Assembly (NCBI GenBank): GCA_030587475.2
Contig: JAUQYZ020000035.1
Coordinates: 10,296 to 74,295 of the forward strand
Direction: 5' to 3'
Length of the DNA stretch: 64,000 bases
Source of the DNA: Candidatus Sigynarchaeum calidifontis
Lineage (GTDB): Archaea > Asgardarchaeota > Lokiarchaeia > Sigyniarchaeales > Sigyniarchaeaceae
Shown: positions 1-12,475 of the stretch, in pieces
Position numbering within the stretch: position 1 is the first letter of the stretch
Layout of the letters: every line of letters starts with the position of its first letter
Made by a program: the position numbers and the translations under genes
The notes under the pieces: generated by a model
What the model was told of the DNA's origin: nothing
Seen by the model: only the letters and a program-made list of their open reading frames with translations
Database searches by the model: none

Positions 1-224
1 CCATCGCGGGCTTTTCCATCTTGGCCATACCCTCGCCCGCTGTGGCCTTTCTAGGCTCATCCATTTTTCTTGCTTCCCATCCTCTCATACGGAAGCGATC
101 TTATATACCTTCATGGTTTAACACGCCTGGCGTTATTGTATATTAAATCCCCGTGCCTTTCATAGTAGCATCAGTGCACGGAATTTCTGGAACGTTTAAT
201 GACAAAATATCATCGTGACATATC

Positions 225-1487
225 ATGGGCAAGCTAGCAAGGGATGTTGCGATCGTAGGCGCCGGCATATCGCATTTCGGCGCATTTCCCGACAAGCAAA
301 ATCCCGACCTTTGGGCAGAGGCATTCTTGGATTGCGTGAAAAGCGTCGATAAAGGCATCGACGTGCGAAAGGACATCGATGGTGGATTGTTTTTGGGTAA
401 TTTCACAGCGGACCTCTTCACGGGTCAAGGCCATCTGGGGCCGATAATGGCCGACCTCGTCGGACTCACCCCGAAGGGCGCCACGAGGTTCGAGGGCGCG
501 TGCGCGAGCAGCGGCCTTGCATTCCGCCACGCCGTGCTCGCGGTAGCCAGTGGCGTTGCGGACGTGGTGTGCGTTGGTGGCGTGGAAAAGATGACGTCGC
601 TACCGACGGCGGGCGTGACGGAGGCACTCGCGGCGGCATCAGACACTATATACGAAGCGCGCGTGGGTGCCACCTTTCCGGGCCTCTATGCGAACGTGGC
701 CTCGGCGCATTTTCACAAGTACGGCACGACTAGCGAAGATTTATTCCGCGTGGCGATCAAGAACCACGAGAACGGGAAGCTAAACCCGAAAGCACAGATG
801 CAGCAGACCATCAAGGACATCATGAACTCGAAGATCGAGAAGGCGAGAAAATCCGGGGGAGACGTGCCAACGTGGAAGGATGAATTCGATTTCTTGAGGA
901 GCCCGTCGAATATGATGGTGGCATACCCGCTGCGGCTTTTCGATTGTAGCTTGATAACAGACGGCGCTGCTTGCTTGTTCCTGGCAGCCAAGGAGGTCGC
1001 TAATAAATTCACCGACACGCCGGTGCTCGTCGCGGGCACGGGTCAAGGCAATTCGAGCATGGCACTGCACGAGCGGGGCGAATACACGACCTTCATCGCG
1101 GCCCGCACGGCCGCGGAGCAAGCGTACAAGATGTCCGGGCTTAAACCAAAAGACATCAAGATTGCCGAGGTGCACGATTGTTTCACGATTGCCGAGCTGG
1201 TCGCAATGGAGGACCTCGGCTTCGCGCAACCAGGCAAGGCCGCGGAACTCGTGAAAAATGGAGAGACCAAGATAAACGGTTCAATTCCAATAAACACGGA
1301 CGGCGGTTTGAAAGCCAAGGGTCATCCAGTCGGTGCGACGGGTGCTGCACAAGTCGTCGAGATATTCAAGCAGCTAAGAGGCAAGGCAGACAAGCGCCAG
1401 GTCAAGGGCAATCCCGAGGTCGGCCTTGCGCACAATCTCGGCGGATCCGGTGGAACGTGCGTCGTGCACGTGTTCAAACGTATGTGA
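225..1487 (+). CDS. Acetyl-CoA acetyltransferase (archaeal/SCP-x-type thiolase)
   Basis: EGACASSG catalytic Cys, EVHDCF, GGLKAKGHPVGATG and HNLGG motifs; followed by a DUF35 gene. Confidence 0.92.
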   Translation: MGKLARDVAIVGAGISHFGAFPDKQNPDLWAEAFLDCVKSVDKGIDVRKDIDGGLFLGNFTADLFTGQGHLGPIMADLVGLTPKGATRFEGACASSGLAFRHAVLAVASGVADVVCVGGVEKMTSLPTAGVTEALAAASDTIYEARVGATFPGLYANVASAHFHKYGTTSEDLFRVAIKNHENGKLNPKAQMQQTIKDIMNSKIEKARKSGGDVPTWKDEFDFLRSPSNMMVAYPLRLFDCSLITDGAACLFLAAKEVANKFTDTPVLVAGTGQGNSSMALHERGEYTTFIAARTAAEQAYKMSGLKPKDIKIAEVHDCFTIAELVAMEDLGFAQPGKAAELVKNGETKINGSIPINTDGGLKAKGHPVGATGAAQVVEIFKQLRGKADKRQVKGNPEVGLAHNLGGSGGTCVVHVFKRM

Positions 1488-1502
1488 CAGAGGGAGGAAA
1501 AC

Positions 1503-1925
1503 ATGTCAAGCCAAAAACCAATCTTGCAGGAAAATTACCTCGCCTTCCTCAAGGAAAAGAAGCTCATGGGTTCCAAGTGCAAGAAATGCGGGCACGTCAA
1601 CTTACCCCCCCGTCCCATCTGTAGTAAATGCTTGTCAAGCGAGGTTGACTGGATCGACTTGACAAACCAGAAGGGAACCTTGGAAACGTTCAGCTGCGTG
1701 TCGGTCGTCACGAGGAAGTTCGAGGAACGTGGGTACAGTGCAAAAAACCCTTATGCATTCGGCGTGGTAAAGCTGGATAACGGCTCGTCGATCATGGGCC
1801 TGCTTCAAGGCGTCGATCCGAAAAAGCCCGAGACCATCAAGATCGGGATGAAATTAAAGCTCAAGTTCATCGAATCGCAGACCCCCGCCGGCTTGCAAGT
1901 CGATGTGGGATTTGAACCATTGTGA
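1503..1925 (+). CDS. DUF35 Zn-ribbon/OB-fold thiolase partner protein
   Basis: KCKKCG..PPRPICSKC zinc ribbon plus OB fold; GGAGG SD; directly downstream of the thiolase. Confidence 0.9.
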   Translation: MSSQKPILQENYLAFLKEKKLMGSKCKKCGHVNLPPRPICSKCLSSEVDWIDLTNQKGTLETFSCVSVVTRKFEERGYSAKNPYAFGVVKLDNGSSIMGLLQGVDPKKPETIKIGMKLKLKFIESQTPAGLQVDVGFEPL

Positions 1926-2041
1926 TTCGCAATTTCTATCTCCTTTTTTCTCCGCAGCGCTTGGTTTTATGATAATACTAAGCTCGGGCAAAACCGGAAA
2001 AAACGAGAGATCAAGAAAGAAGCTCGAAAAAAAGAAACGAC

Positions 2042-2254
2042 CTATTCAGAGAACCTAGGAGCCGCCGCGCGCTTTGCCTTGATGGCACCGAGGCTATCGG
2101 GTTGTCCTGCGAAATTGCTGGACAGCACGCGCTGCGTGAAATGCTTGAAATTGCGCACGCGAGGGATTTTCTTCTGGACCGCGTGGGATTCCACCTTGGG
2201 CGTTTGACCGCGGACCTTTCCTGCTTTTGTAAGGGATCCGTGACTGCCGGGCAT
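2042..2254 (-). CDS. rps30e: 30S ribosomal protein eS30
   Basis: SHGSLTKAGKVRGQTPKV signature. Confidence 0.95.
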   Translation of the reverse strand: MPGSHGSLTKAGKVRGQTPKVESHAVQKKIPRVRNFKHFTQRVLSSNFAGQPDSLGAIKAKRAAAPRFSE

Positions 2255-2301
2255 GACGTGTCACTTTTTCTGGTATGTCAATTCATGGATGGTGAGATTT
2301 A

Positions 2302-2910
2302 TTATTTTCGGGTTTGGCCTGTCATTTGGGCATTATCGGTCGCATGGGTAGCGGAGAGCAGCTTCGGGCGGATCCATTTGTTGTACACGTATAAGTAGAT
2401 GGCGGTAAGGGGGATGCCCAGCGGGTAGGCGATCCAGAAGTCGGGCATCCCGATGAACCGATACCCGTCCATCGTATAGCTCCACGCGACGAGGATCATC
2501 GTGATGATCGCGAACTTTTTCCAGTCGACCGCGATCTTCTTCTCGCCCATGATGAGAAACACGAGCGGGATGGGTACCCCGTGCATGACCACGTGGATCC
2601 ACCACGGGGCAACTTTGGAAAACGGGTCCGGATTGGTTATCAAATACGTGTAATCCGCGGCGACGCCGTATTGCGCCACCCACAATGCTTGACGGGCAAG
2701 TAGGTACACGCTCACGATCAAGTACGAGACGGTAAATAAGTTCAAGTAGTAATTGCGTAACTTTGCCAGCATACCAGCTGCCATGACTGCGAATGAAAAG
2801 CACGAGAAATACAGCATAAAACGCCAGTCGTAGATGAAAACGGCAACCAACCATATATACATGGCGATGCCAATTAACTGGTATATTTTTTCCTTCTTTT
2901 TCGTTTCCAT
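2302..2910 (-). CDS. Multi-pass membrane protein of unknown function
   Basis: About 6 hydrophobic segments; ATG at 2910 (ORF extends to 2922), immediately after coaBC. Confidence 0.7.
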   Translation of the reverse strand: METKKKEKIYQLIGIAMYIWLVAVFIYDWRFMLYFSCFSFAVMAAGMLAKLRNYYLNLFTVSYLIVSVYLLARQALWVAQYGVAADYTYLITNPDPFSKVAPWWIHVVMHGVPIPLVFLIMGEKKIAVDWKKFAIITMILVAWSYTMDGYRFIGMPDFWIAYPLGIPLTAIYLYVYNKWIRPKLLSATHATDNAQMTGQTRK

Positions 2911-2922
2911 AGGTTGCCCCAC

Positions 2923-4218
2923 TCATTTCCCCTTTTTCTTGTCGAATTCTTTACCGCGATAGGTCTCTATGACCTTGTCGATGAGCTTGACCGCGATCAA
3001 CCGTTTAGTCTGCAATGGCTCGTGGAACACGTTTTTCTCCTTGTCGATGATGTAGACCTCGTTCGTCGACGAGTCGAATCCCGTGTCGGGACGGCCCACG
3101 TCGTTGGCAACGATGAGGTCAGCGTCTGACGACTTGAGGGCAGCGTAGGCTTTCTCGATCATCTCGTCCGGCGTCTTGGGCACTTCTGCCTTGAACGCGA
3201 CGATGAAAATATCTGGCTGGGCCTTTCTGACCTCCTTAATGATCTTGGGGTTCGGGACGAGCTTCACGACGAGTTCGTTTTGTGACGACACTTTCTCGTC
3301 GAATACCTCTGCCGGGCGGAAATCTGAAACCGCTGCCGCGCTGATGAAGAATTGATATTTGCATTCCTTGAGCTCCTTCATTGTAGCATCGAGTAACTCT
3401 TTCGTTGACGTGACTTCGATCGTTCGCACGTTGTTGCTGAGCGGCGAGTCGGGAACCCCTTTCGTGTGGATGATGGTCACGGTGCCCCCGCGGGCAACAA
3501 TTTCTTCAGCGATGGCCATGCCCATCTTTCCCGAGCTCGGGTTGCTGATAAACCGTACCCGGTCGATGTACTCCCGCGTGGCCCCCACGGTGAGCAAGAA
3601 CTTGTGATTTTTCAATTCAGGGTTCTGGATGATGATGTCACGGCAGCGGCCGACGATCTCGTCGATCTTGGCTATCTTCGCCTTGCCCTCGGATATGCGG
3701 GGACCGACGAACTCGACGCCCAAGCGCTTGAGCTTGAGGATGTTTTCCTCGAGGATGGGATGGTGGTACATCTGCTCGTGCATGGCTGGCACGATGACGA
3801 TAGGTATACCCGAGCCAAATGCAGTCGTAACCACGGTCGTGACTGGCGTGTCGTCGATCCCAGCAGCGATCTTGGAGATCGTGTTGGCAGTCGCGGGGCA
3901 CACGAGAACGATATCTGCCGTTTTCGCCCTGTTACCGGCAATTTGCACGTGTTCCACGGCGCCCGTGAGGGTCGTGATGCACGGGTTGCCCGTCGCCCAG
4001 TACATGAGCGACGGGTCGATAAGCTGGGTTGCTGCCTTTGTCATGACACACACGACTTCCGCGCCGAGTCTCATGAACTCGCGCGCGATGATCGGCGCTG
4101 TCATGACTGCTACCGAGCCGGTCAAGCACATGCAAATCGTCTTGCCCTTGAGTATCGAGGACGTGCTGGCCATGATGTCCTTGCTGGGATGCGGTCCGAA
4201 CATGGAGTATATCGCCAT
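2923..4218 (-). CDS. coaBC: Bifunctional phosphopantothenoylcysteine decarboxylase/ligase
   Basis: [56 protein letters not shown] motifs. Confidence 0.95.
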   Translation of the reverse strand: MAIYSMFGPHPSKDIMASTSSILKGKTICMCLTGSVAVMTAPIIAREFMRLGAEVVCVMTKAATQLIDPSLMYWATGNPCITTLTGAVEHVQIAGNRAKTADIVLVCPATANTISKIAAGIDDTPVTTVVTTAFGSGIPIVIVPAMHEQMYHHPILEENILKLKRLGVEFVGPRISEGKAKIAKIDEIVGRCRDIIIQNPELKNHKFLLTVGATREYIDRVRFISNPSSGKMGMAIAEEIVARGGTVTIIHTKGVPDSPLSNNVRTIEVTSTKELLDATMKELKECKYQFFISAAAVSDFRPAEVFDEKVSSQNELVVKLVPNPKIIKEVRKAQPDIFIVAFKAEVPKTPDEMIEKAYAALKSSDADLIVANDVGRPDTGFDSSTNEVYIIDKEKNVFHEPLQTKRLIAVKLIDKVIETYRGKEFDKKKGK

Positions 4219-4287
4219 CGTGGTGGAATGTAATCGTGCCTTGTTCGTGTTACTAGCATATATAGAGCTTTATAACAATGCGCCTGG

Positions 4288-7050
<2,763 letters not shown>

Positions 7051-7501
7051 GGGCACTTGCACCTTTTATGATCCCGATAGATGGCGCGATTCTTTTGACC
7101 TTTTACATGGTGAACATTACAAAACGTACAAAAATCACCGATGATTCCTTCCAAGATAAAACGTGGTGACTTTTATCTACATATGGATCGTTGTTTCATG
7201 CAAGATCGGATCGTCTGCTTCTTGAAAGCAACATTTAGCATAAAAAATCGATTATCACGCGTGAATTATGGAAAGCTGGGATATAACACGCCACGGTACC
7301 ATTTCTCGAAAATCGAGTAGACCTATAGAGGGAAACAGACGCGATGACGGGGCTCGGAGCCAAATTCGCCACTAAATTTTTTAACACTCCAAGCAAGCTA
7401 GGATCATCGCAATTGGAGCATTCACCGAGGAGAGAAAATAACGACCACGAGCCGAGTGCTCCAAGAACGCATCAGCGATATTCCATAATTGGTGAAAAAA
7501 A

Positions 7502-7900
7502 ATGGACAAGGCTCAACTCGCAGAAAAAATCGAGAATGGAGAATTCGGCATCGATGACGTGCTCGAGTTTTTCAAGGTGTTGGCAGACATTGCGAACAAT
7601 AGCGAAGAAATCCAGGACGAGATTGAAGGCTGGGATCGCGTCTTGCTCTTCAACGTCACGAATGGCCCCAAAGTGACCTTGAACGTCAAGGATGGGAAAT
7701 TCGAGGTACTAGACGGGGAGCAAGGTACCCCTGATATCACCCTTTCCATGAACAGCGACGTCGCCGTCGGTGTCCTCTCGGGCGAAACAGACGCGACGAG
7801 CGCGTACATGGCTGGTGACCTCAAGGTCACTGGTCCCCTTCCTGATGCCATCAAGTTCCGGACGCTCACCGAACTGGTACGCGAGGAACTCGAAGGCTAA
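7502..7900 (+). CDS. SCP2 sterol/lipid-binding domain protein
   Basis: PDITLSM...DATSAYMAGDLKVTG, the typical SCP2 C-terminal motif. Confidence 0.88.
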   Translation: MDKAQLAEKIENGEFGIDDVLEFFKVLADIANNSEEIQDEIEGWDRVLLFNVTNGPKVTLNVKDGKFEVLDGEQGTPDITLSMNSDVAVGVLSGETDATSAYMAGDLKVTGPLPDAIKFRTLTELVREELEG

Positions 7901-8134
7901 GTTAATCTGCTCATGTCGGTTTTGTAATCCTTTCTTTTTCTCCACAAAAAAGACTGTCCAATTATAGAAGGCAATCATGACGTCGATTGCATCCTATTTT
8001 TCCGGTCTGACGATCATCTGGTCTCGCGGACGTCATGCCCGTGCCAAGACCGAGGTCTTTCCGTAAAACAGATATAGCTGCGCCCGGGATGTTTCTCTCG
8101 AACCAATCCGGCCAGGCATGTTGCCTTATCGGGC

Positions 8135-8620
8135 GTGCACGTGATGCTGAATATCAAAGACTTACTAGAGCAAAAAAAGAAATTGGGGATTTTTCTTGCG
8201 TTTAGCCTTATCGGGCTGGTCACGCTCGGCATATCGTTGATCCCTTCTATGAATTATCTTACTGGCGAAAACATGTCGGAGCAAGTAGGCTTTCTCATCC
8301 CCGCGGTGTATATCGTGCTCTACGTATTGCTTGCAGCCGGAGTGCTGGTCAGCCTCTTCTTGCTGAGCGTCATCAGCAAGAAACTCTATGTGGTTAAGAA
8401 TATCGACGATAGCATCAAGGGCATCAAGAAAGGGCGCAGTTTCGTGACCGAAAAGGTGCTTCCAAAGCGTGAGGAACTCTTGCAAGCCCATTACGCGGAG
8501 CGGATCAAAGAAACGGGTATACCTGCCGGACGGCTCAAAATGTTCGACGGTATGAGCCAGGCCGAGCACGACGAAATCCTTGGCTTCAACATTGAGAAAG
8601 ATCTCGGGAAAAAACCTTGA
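8135..8620 (+). CDS. Hypothetical membrane protein (2 TM helices)
   Basis: Two hydrophobic helices and a charged C-terminal tail; start uncertain. Confidence 0.65.
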   Translation: MHVMLNIKDLLEQKKKLGIFLAFSLIGLVTLGISLIPSMNYLTGENMSEQVGFLIPAVYIVLYVLLAAGVLVSLFLLSVISKKLYVVKNIDDSIKGIKKGRSFVTEKVLPKREELLQAHYAERIKETGIPAGRLKMFDGMSQAEHDEILGFNIEKDLGKKP

Positions 8621-8641
8621 TTTCAAAATGCAATTAACCAT

Positions 8642-8818
8642 TCACGCGTGGAGTCGGGCCACCAAGCTGCGCTTGTAATTGGCCAGGATCTTGCTCCACT
8701 GGTTGGCGAGTTCTGGCATGTTTCTCTGGTTGAAATTATTGATCGACTTTTCAAATAGCGAGATCACGCGCTTGGCATTCCTGATCATCGCAGCTTGCGG
8801 GGTTGATTGTGGGATCAT
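8642..8818 (-). CDS. Small helical protein, 58 aa (below the ORF-track cutoff)
   Basis: Hand translation MIPQSTPQAAMIRNAKRVISLFEKSINNFNQRNMPELANQWSKILANYKRSLVARLHA; AGGTG SD upstream; fills the gap behind the coiled-coil gene. Confidence 0.55.
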   Translation of the reverse strand: MIPQSTPQAAMIRNAKRVISLFEKSINNFNQRNMPELANQWSKILANYKRSLVARLHA

Positions 8819-8887
8819 GTCCGGGCACCTTGCGTTGCCTAGACTAGCCCGCAGTCGGTTTTTGAGGCCGGTATCATCGAGATAATA

Positions 8888-10180
8888 TCAAACCGGGCCA
8901 AGACGTGTCGATGTGGATGCCGATGTGGTGATATTGAGCGGCCGGCCACGTGTCCAGGTCTCCACGATGAATTGTCTCATGAAGAGGTCGATCGCTTCGG
9001 GATTTTCGGTGATCATGCCGAAAGGCTCCGTTTTGGAATTCACGCCAATGAATACAATCCCGCGATCGACGTTTATACCATACCGGTCATCGAGGTTGAA
9101 AGCACGAATCTCGACCCTGTATTTTTTTTGGAGTTCCTCTGCGATTTGGACATCCTCCTTGGATGCCACGTCGAGCTTGACGGCTCCCGTGACCTTCACG
9201 GATGGCTTGACCCTCTTGAAGTCGAGTAGCTGAAGTTCTTTGAGGGTCGGGACGACGAACATGACGTTGTGAAGTGCTTTTTCGAGCAATTCGTTGAATT
9301 TATTGATAATAGCATCTCTGCCGAGAACAAGTCGCATCGAAGTGCTATTGAGTTTTGATTCTAAAGATTTCTTGGATTCTATCTCGGCTACGAGTTTGTC
9401 CTTGAGCGTCGCCATCTCATCCTTGACAGCGAGCATTTTTTTCTCATGTTCTTTTATTTCCTCATCTTTCTTCGAGAGTTCTTCCTTGATCCGTGCGGTA
9501 TTCGCTCGCTCCGCCTCGATTTCTAGTTGTGATTGTTTTTTTACCTCATCGAGCTTGGCTTGCGACTCCTTCGACAATTCTTCGAGTTTTTTCTGTAGTT
9601 CGGCCTTTTCCGCATTCGTTACCTTCAGTGCCTCGTTCAATTTCTCGATTTCCTTCTGAAACCCTTCTGCCTTCCGCTGCTGGACCATTACATCTTGCTT
9701 GGCCCTTGCGATGGTTTCTTCGACCAGGTCGTATTTTGCCTTCCAGCGTGCAGACTCCAAGTCCTTGTTTTTCGATTCCGTGGTGAGAGCTTCGACGCGG
9801 GCACGGAGCATTTCGAGTTCCGTGTCTTTATTCTTGATGATCTCGCCGACCTCCGCCAGATGCACTTGTATCTCCCTGAATGACGAGTTAAAATTGGCAA
9901 TTTCGCTATCCTTTGCTGCTATCGTCTGCCGCGCTTGCTCTAGCGCTTGCAATAACTGGTAGTTCTCTTGTTGCAGCATTGCAGCCGCAGCATCCGGGGT
10001 ATACGCGGCTTGAAGCGGCGCGACTTGCGGTGCAGCAGCTTGAGGCACCACTTGAACTGCCGGCGGCTCGGGTGGCGGCCTTCCTTTCATCCCCCTAGTT
10101 ATTTCCTCGATGCTTGGTGGGGGCGGTGGGGGTGGCGTCAATGCGAACTTTGGCTTGTTTTTTTCCTGGTCGTTGCTCAT
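8888..10180 (-). CDS. Coiled-coil protein with N-terminal polyproline and C-terminal alpha/beta (TrmB-C/PLD-like) domain
   Basis: PPPPPPP near the N-terminus, about 200 aa E/K/Q heptad region, then GRDAIINKFNELLEKALHNVMFVVP. Confidence 0.7.
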   Translation of the reverse strand: MSNDQEKNKPKFALTPPPPPPPSIEEITRGMKGRPPPEPPAVQVVPQAAAPQVAPLQAAYTPDAAAAMLQQENYQLLQALEQARQTIAAKDSEIANFNSSFREIQVHLAEVGEIIKNKDTELEMLRARVEALTTESKNKDLESARWKAKYDLVEETIARAKQDVMVQQRKAEGFQKEIEKLNEALKVTNAEKAELQKKLEELSKESQAKLDEVKKQSQLEIEAERANTARIKEELSKKDEEIKEHEKKMLAVKDEMATLKDKLVAEIESKKSLESKLNSTSMRLVLGRDAIINKFNELLEKALHNVMFVVPTLKELQLLDFKRVKPSVKVTGAVKLDVASKEDVQIAEELQKKYRVEIRAFNLDDRYGINVDRGIVFIGVNSKTEPFGMITENPEAIDLFMRQFIVETWTRGRPLNITTSASTSTRLGPV

Positions 10181-10332
10181 CGGCGTTCAAACCCTATCGT
10201 AAAGTCTGATAATTGCATTTTAACAATTATCTAATATATAGCATTCGGCCGGTCTGGGCGGGTTTCGAGGGGCGAAGATGGTGGTATGGCGCAAATGTAA
10301 AGTCGGGTTTTTTTGTCAGTATCCAGAACGTG

Positions 10333-10345
10333 ATGTTCGGAACAT
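10333..10345. promoter_or_regulatory. Palindrome ATGTTC-G-GAACAT, candidate operator upstream of lysW
   Basis: Perfect 6-1-6 inverted repeat about 25 bp upstream of a TTTTAAAA TATA-like box in a divergent intergenic region. Confidence 0.3.
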
Positions 10346-10486
10346 TTTGTAATGGGTCGATCACAAAGTCTTTTTAAAACACATGCTTAACTCACTTCTA
10401 TTATCAGCAGTTGAGCGACAATCGCCATTGTCGACTGAACGGCGAAAATCACGAAATCCCACAACTATATGGAGCAGAATATCAAA

Positions 10487-10669
10487 ATGGCTAATAAAAA
10501 ATGTGAATGTCCAGCTTGTTTCTTCGAGTGGTCAAATGAAGACGAAGTCATGGAAGGCGAAGTAATTACTTGCCCCGATTGCGGCGTGGATCTTGAGGTC
10601 GCTGGAATTGACGGCGACAAGCTAAAATTGGAAAAGATGGACTCGTCCGACGAAGATTGGGGCGAGTAA
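10487..10669 (+). CDS. lysW: Amino-group carrier protein LysW/ArgW
   Basis: CPAC...CPDCG zinc ribbon, acidic composition, C-terminal EDWGE. Confidence 0.96.
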   Translation: MANKKCECPACFFEWSNEDEVMEGEVITCPDCGVDLEVAGIDGDKLKLEKMDSSDEDWGE

Positions 10670-10711
10670 ATCGATAATGCAAAATCCTATTCTTTTTTCA
10701 GGCGAATTGAT

Positions 10712-11611
10712 GTGAACATCGGCATCGTCATCAACACGATCACGTTCGAGGCCCGCGAGCTCATCAACGCAGCTGCTAAATACTTCCCCGGCGTCAAGAT
10801 CGAGCTGTTCAAGAATGATGATTTCAAGTTCGACATCACGGATGACAACGGCTTCAAGACCGATGTCGACGTGTTCTTGCAGCGTTCTATCAGCATGACG
10901 CGTGCCGTTTATACGTCATTCATCCTCGAGAGTTATGGTTACAGGGTGGTAAGCTCGCACGATACGCTGGCGATCACCGAAGATAAGCTCGTCATGACCA
11001 CGTACCTCAAGCGAAACAAGGTGCCCACCCCCAGGACGATCGTTACCTTCACCAAGGAGGCTGCCATCGATGCCATCAACGATCTTGGCTATCCCGTCAT
11101 CATCAAGCCGGTGAGTGGCTCGTGGGGCCGTCTCGTGGCGAAGCTCGAGAGCTTGAATATGGCCACCGCGGTGCTCGAGGACAGGGAAGAGCTCGGGAAC
11201 GTCTACCACAAGATCTATTATTTACAAGATTACGTGCACAAACCGGGCCGATCAGTAGACCAGTTCATCGACGGAGACACGGTAGGGCGGGACATCCGCG
11301 CGTTCGTCATCGGGGACGAGGTGGCCAGCGCGATGTATCGTCACGAGGTGCCAAATGACTTCCGCTCCAACGTCACGCTCGGCGGCAGGGCCGAGTCTTA
11401 TCACATCACGCCCGAGCTCGAGGAAATCGCGCTCAAGGCGACCAAGGCGGTCAAGGGCGAGATCGTCGGTGTCGACCTTATGGAGACCGAAAAGGGCCTC
11501 GTGGTTGTCGAGGTCAACGGTTCCCCGCAGTTCCAGGGAATTATGAAATCTACGGGAATTAATATACCCAAGCGGATCCTCGAATATGTCATCCGGACCA
11601 CGAAAAGATAG
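10712..11611 (+). CDS. lysX: LysW ligase LysX/ArgX (RimK-family ATP-grasp)
   Basis: KPVSGSWGRLV, DIRAFVIG, FRSNVTLGG, EVN motifs; follows lysW. Confidence 0.9.
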   Translation: MNIGIVINTITFEARELINAAAKYFPGVKIELFKNDDFKFDITDDNGFKTDVDVFLQRSISMTRAVYTSFILESYGYRVVSSHDTLAITEDKLVMTTYLKRNKVPTPRTIVTFTKEAAIDAINDLGYPVIIKPVSGSWGRLVAKLESLNMATAVLEDREELGNVYHKIYYLQDYVHKPGRSVDQFIDGDTVGRDIRAFVIGDEVASAMYRHEVPNDFRSNVTLGGRAESYHITPELEEIALKATKAVKGEIVGVDLMETEKGLVVVEVNGSPQFQGIMKSTGINIPKRILEYVIRTTKR

Positions 11612-11630
11612 ATAATGAGGGAAGATACTA

Positions 11631-12458
11631 GTGAAAATCGTTATTAAAATAGGTGGATCTCTCTTCAACGAGGATTTACATTTCCTCTACGAGGACGTGG
11701 CACGCCTGGTCAAGGACGGCAAGCATCAAGTCGTCCTCGTGCATGGTGGTGGCCCGCAGATAGACGCGATCTTAAAGAGCCAGGGGAAAGATCCCAAGTT
11801 TCTCTATTCGCAATCCGGCGTGAAATCCCGCCACACGGACGAGGACACGCGCGACGCGGCGATAATGGCCCTGGGTGGCTACGTGAACAAGAACATCACC
11901 GCCCGGCTCATCAAGCACGGCGTGAATGCATTCGGTTTCACGGGCGTCGACGGTGCTTGCATGATGGCCAACCGGAAGGACAAGATCGTCTCGGTCGATC
12001 CCGCGACGTCAAAGCGGATCGTCGTGAAGAACGACTTTAGCGGCCGCATCGATCCCGAACGGGTCAAGGGCGATTTCATCATTTCTCTGCTGAACCTTGG
12101 TATCACCCCTGTCGTCGGCGCCCTGGCGATCGATGACATGGGCGACATCTTGAACACGGACGGGGACAGGGCCGCGGCCAGCATCTGCAAGGCCATTGCT
12201 GGAGACGCGCTCATCAGCGTCACGGACGTGCCCGGCGTGCTCAAGGACATGGCATCGAAGGAGGTCATACCCAGGATACCGGTAGGCAACCTCGACGCGG
12301 TGATGGAAAACGTGACCGGCGGTATGAAGAAAAAAATCATCGCCGTGAAGGAAGCCGTGTCTTTCGGCATCCCACAAGTCGTGATCACGAGTGGGCTCGT
12401 GGAACAGGGCGTTACCAAGGCGATCAAGGGCGAAATGGGGACGGTTATAACACAGTAG
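11631..12458 (+). CDS. lysZ: [LysW]-aminoadipate/glutamate kinase
   Basis: VIKIGG, VHGGG, LNTDGDRAA, TDVPG, GGMKKK motifs. Confidence 0.9.
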   Translation: MKIVIKIGGSLFNEDLHFLYEDVARLVKDGKHQVVLVHGGGPQIDAILKSQGKDPKFLYSQSGVKSRHTDEDTRDAAIMALGGYVNKNITARLIKHGVNAFGFTGVDGACMMANRKDKIVSVDPATSKRIVVKNDFSGRIDPERVKGDFIISLLNLGITPVVGALAIDDMGDILNTDGDRAAASICKAIAGDALISVTDVPGVLKDMASKEVIPRIPVGNLDAVMENVTGGMKKKIIAVKEAVSFGIPQVVITSGLVEQGVTKAIKGEMGTVITQ

Positions 12459-12475
12459 TAGCATGGTGCCTTTTT

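Noticed and set aside
1-88. Partial minus-strand gene at the window start
   Set aside because: Too short to determine frame or product
2042-2254. Ubiquitin-like fusion to eS30 as in animal FAU
   Set aside because: The ORF starts directly at the eS30 motif; the upstream space is occupied by another gene
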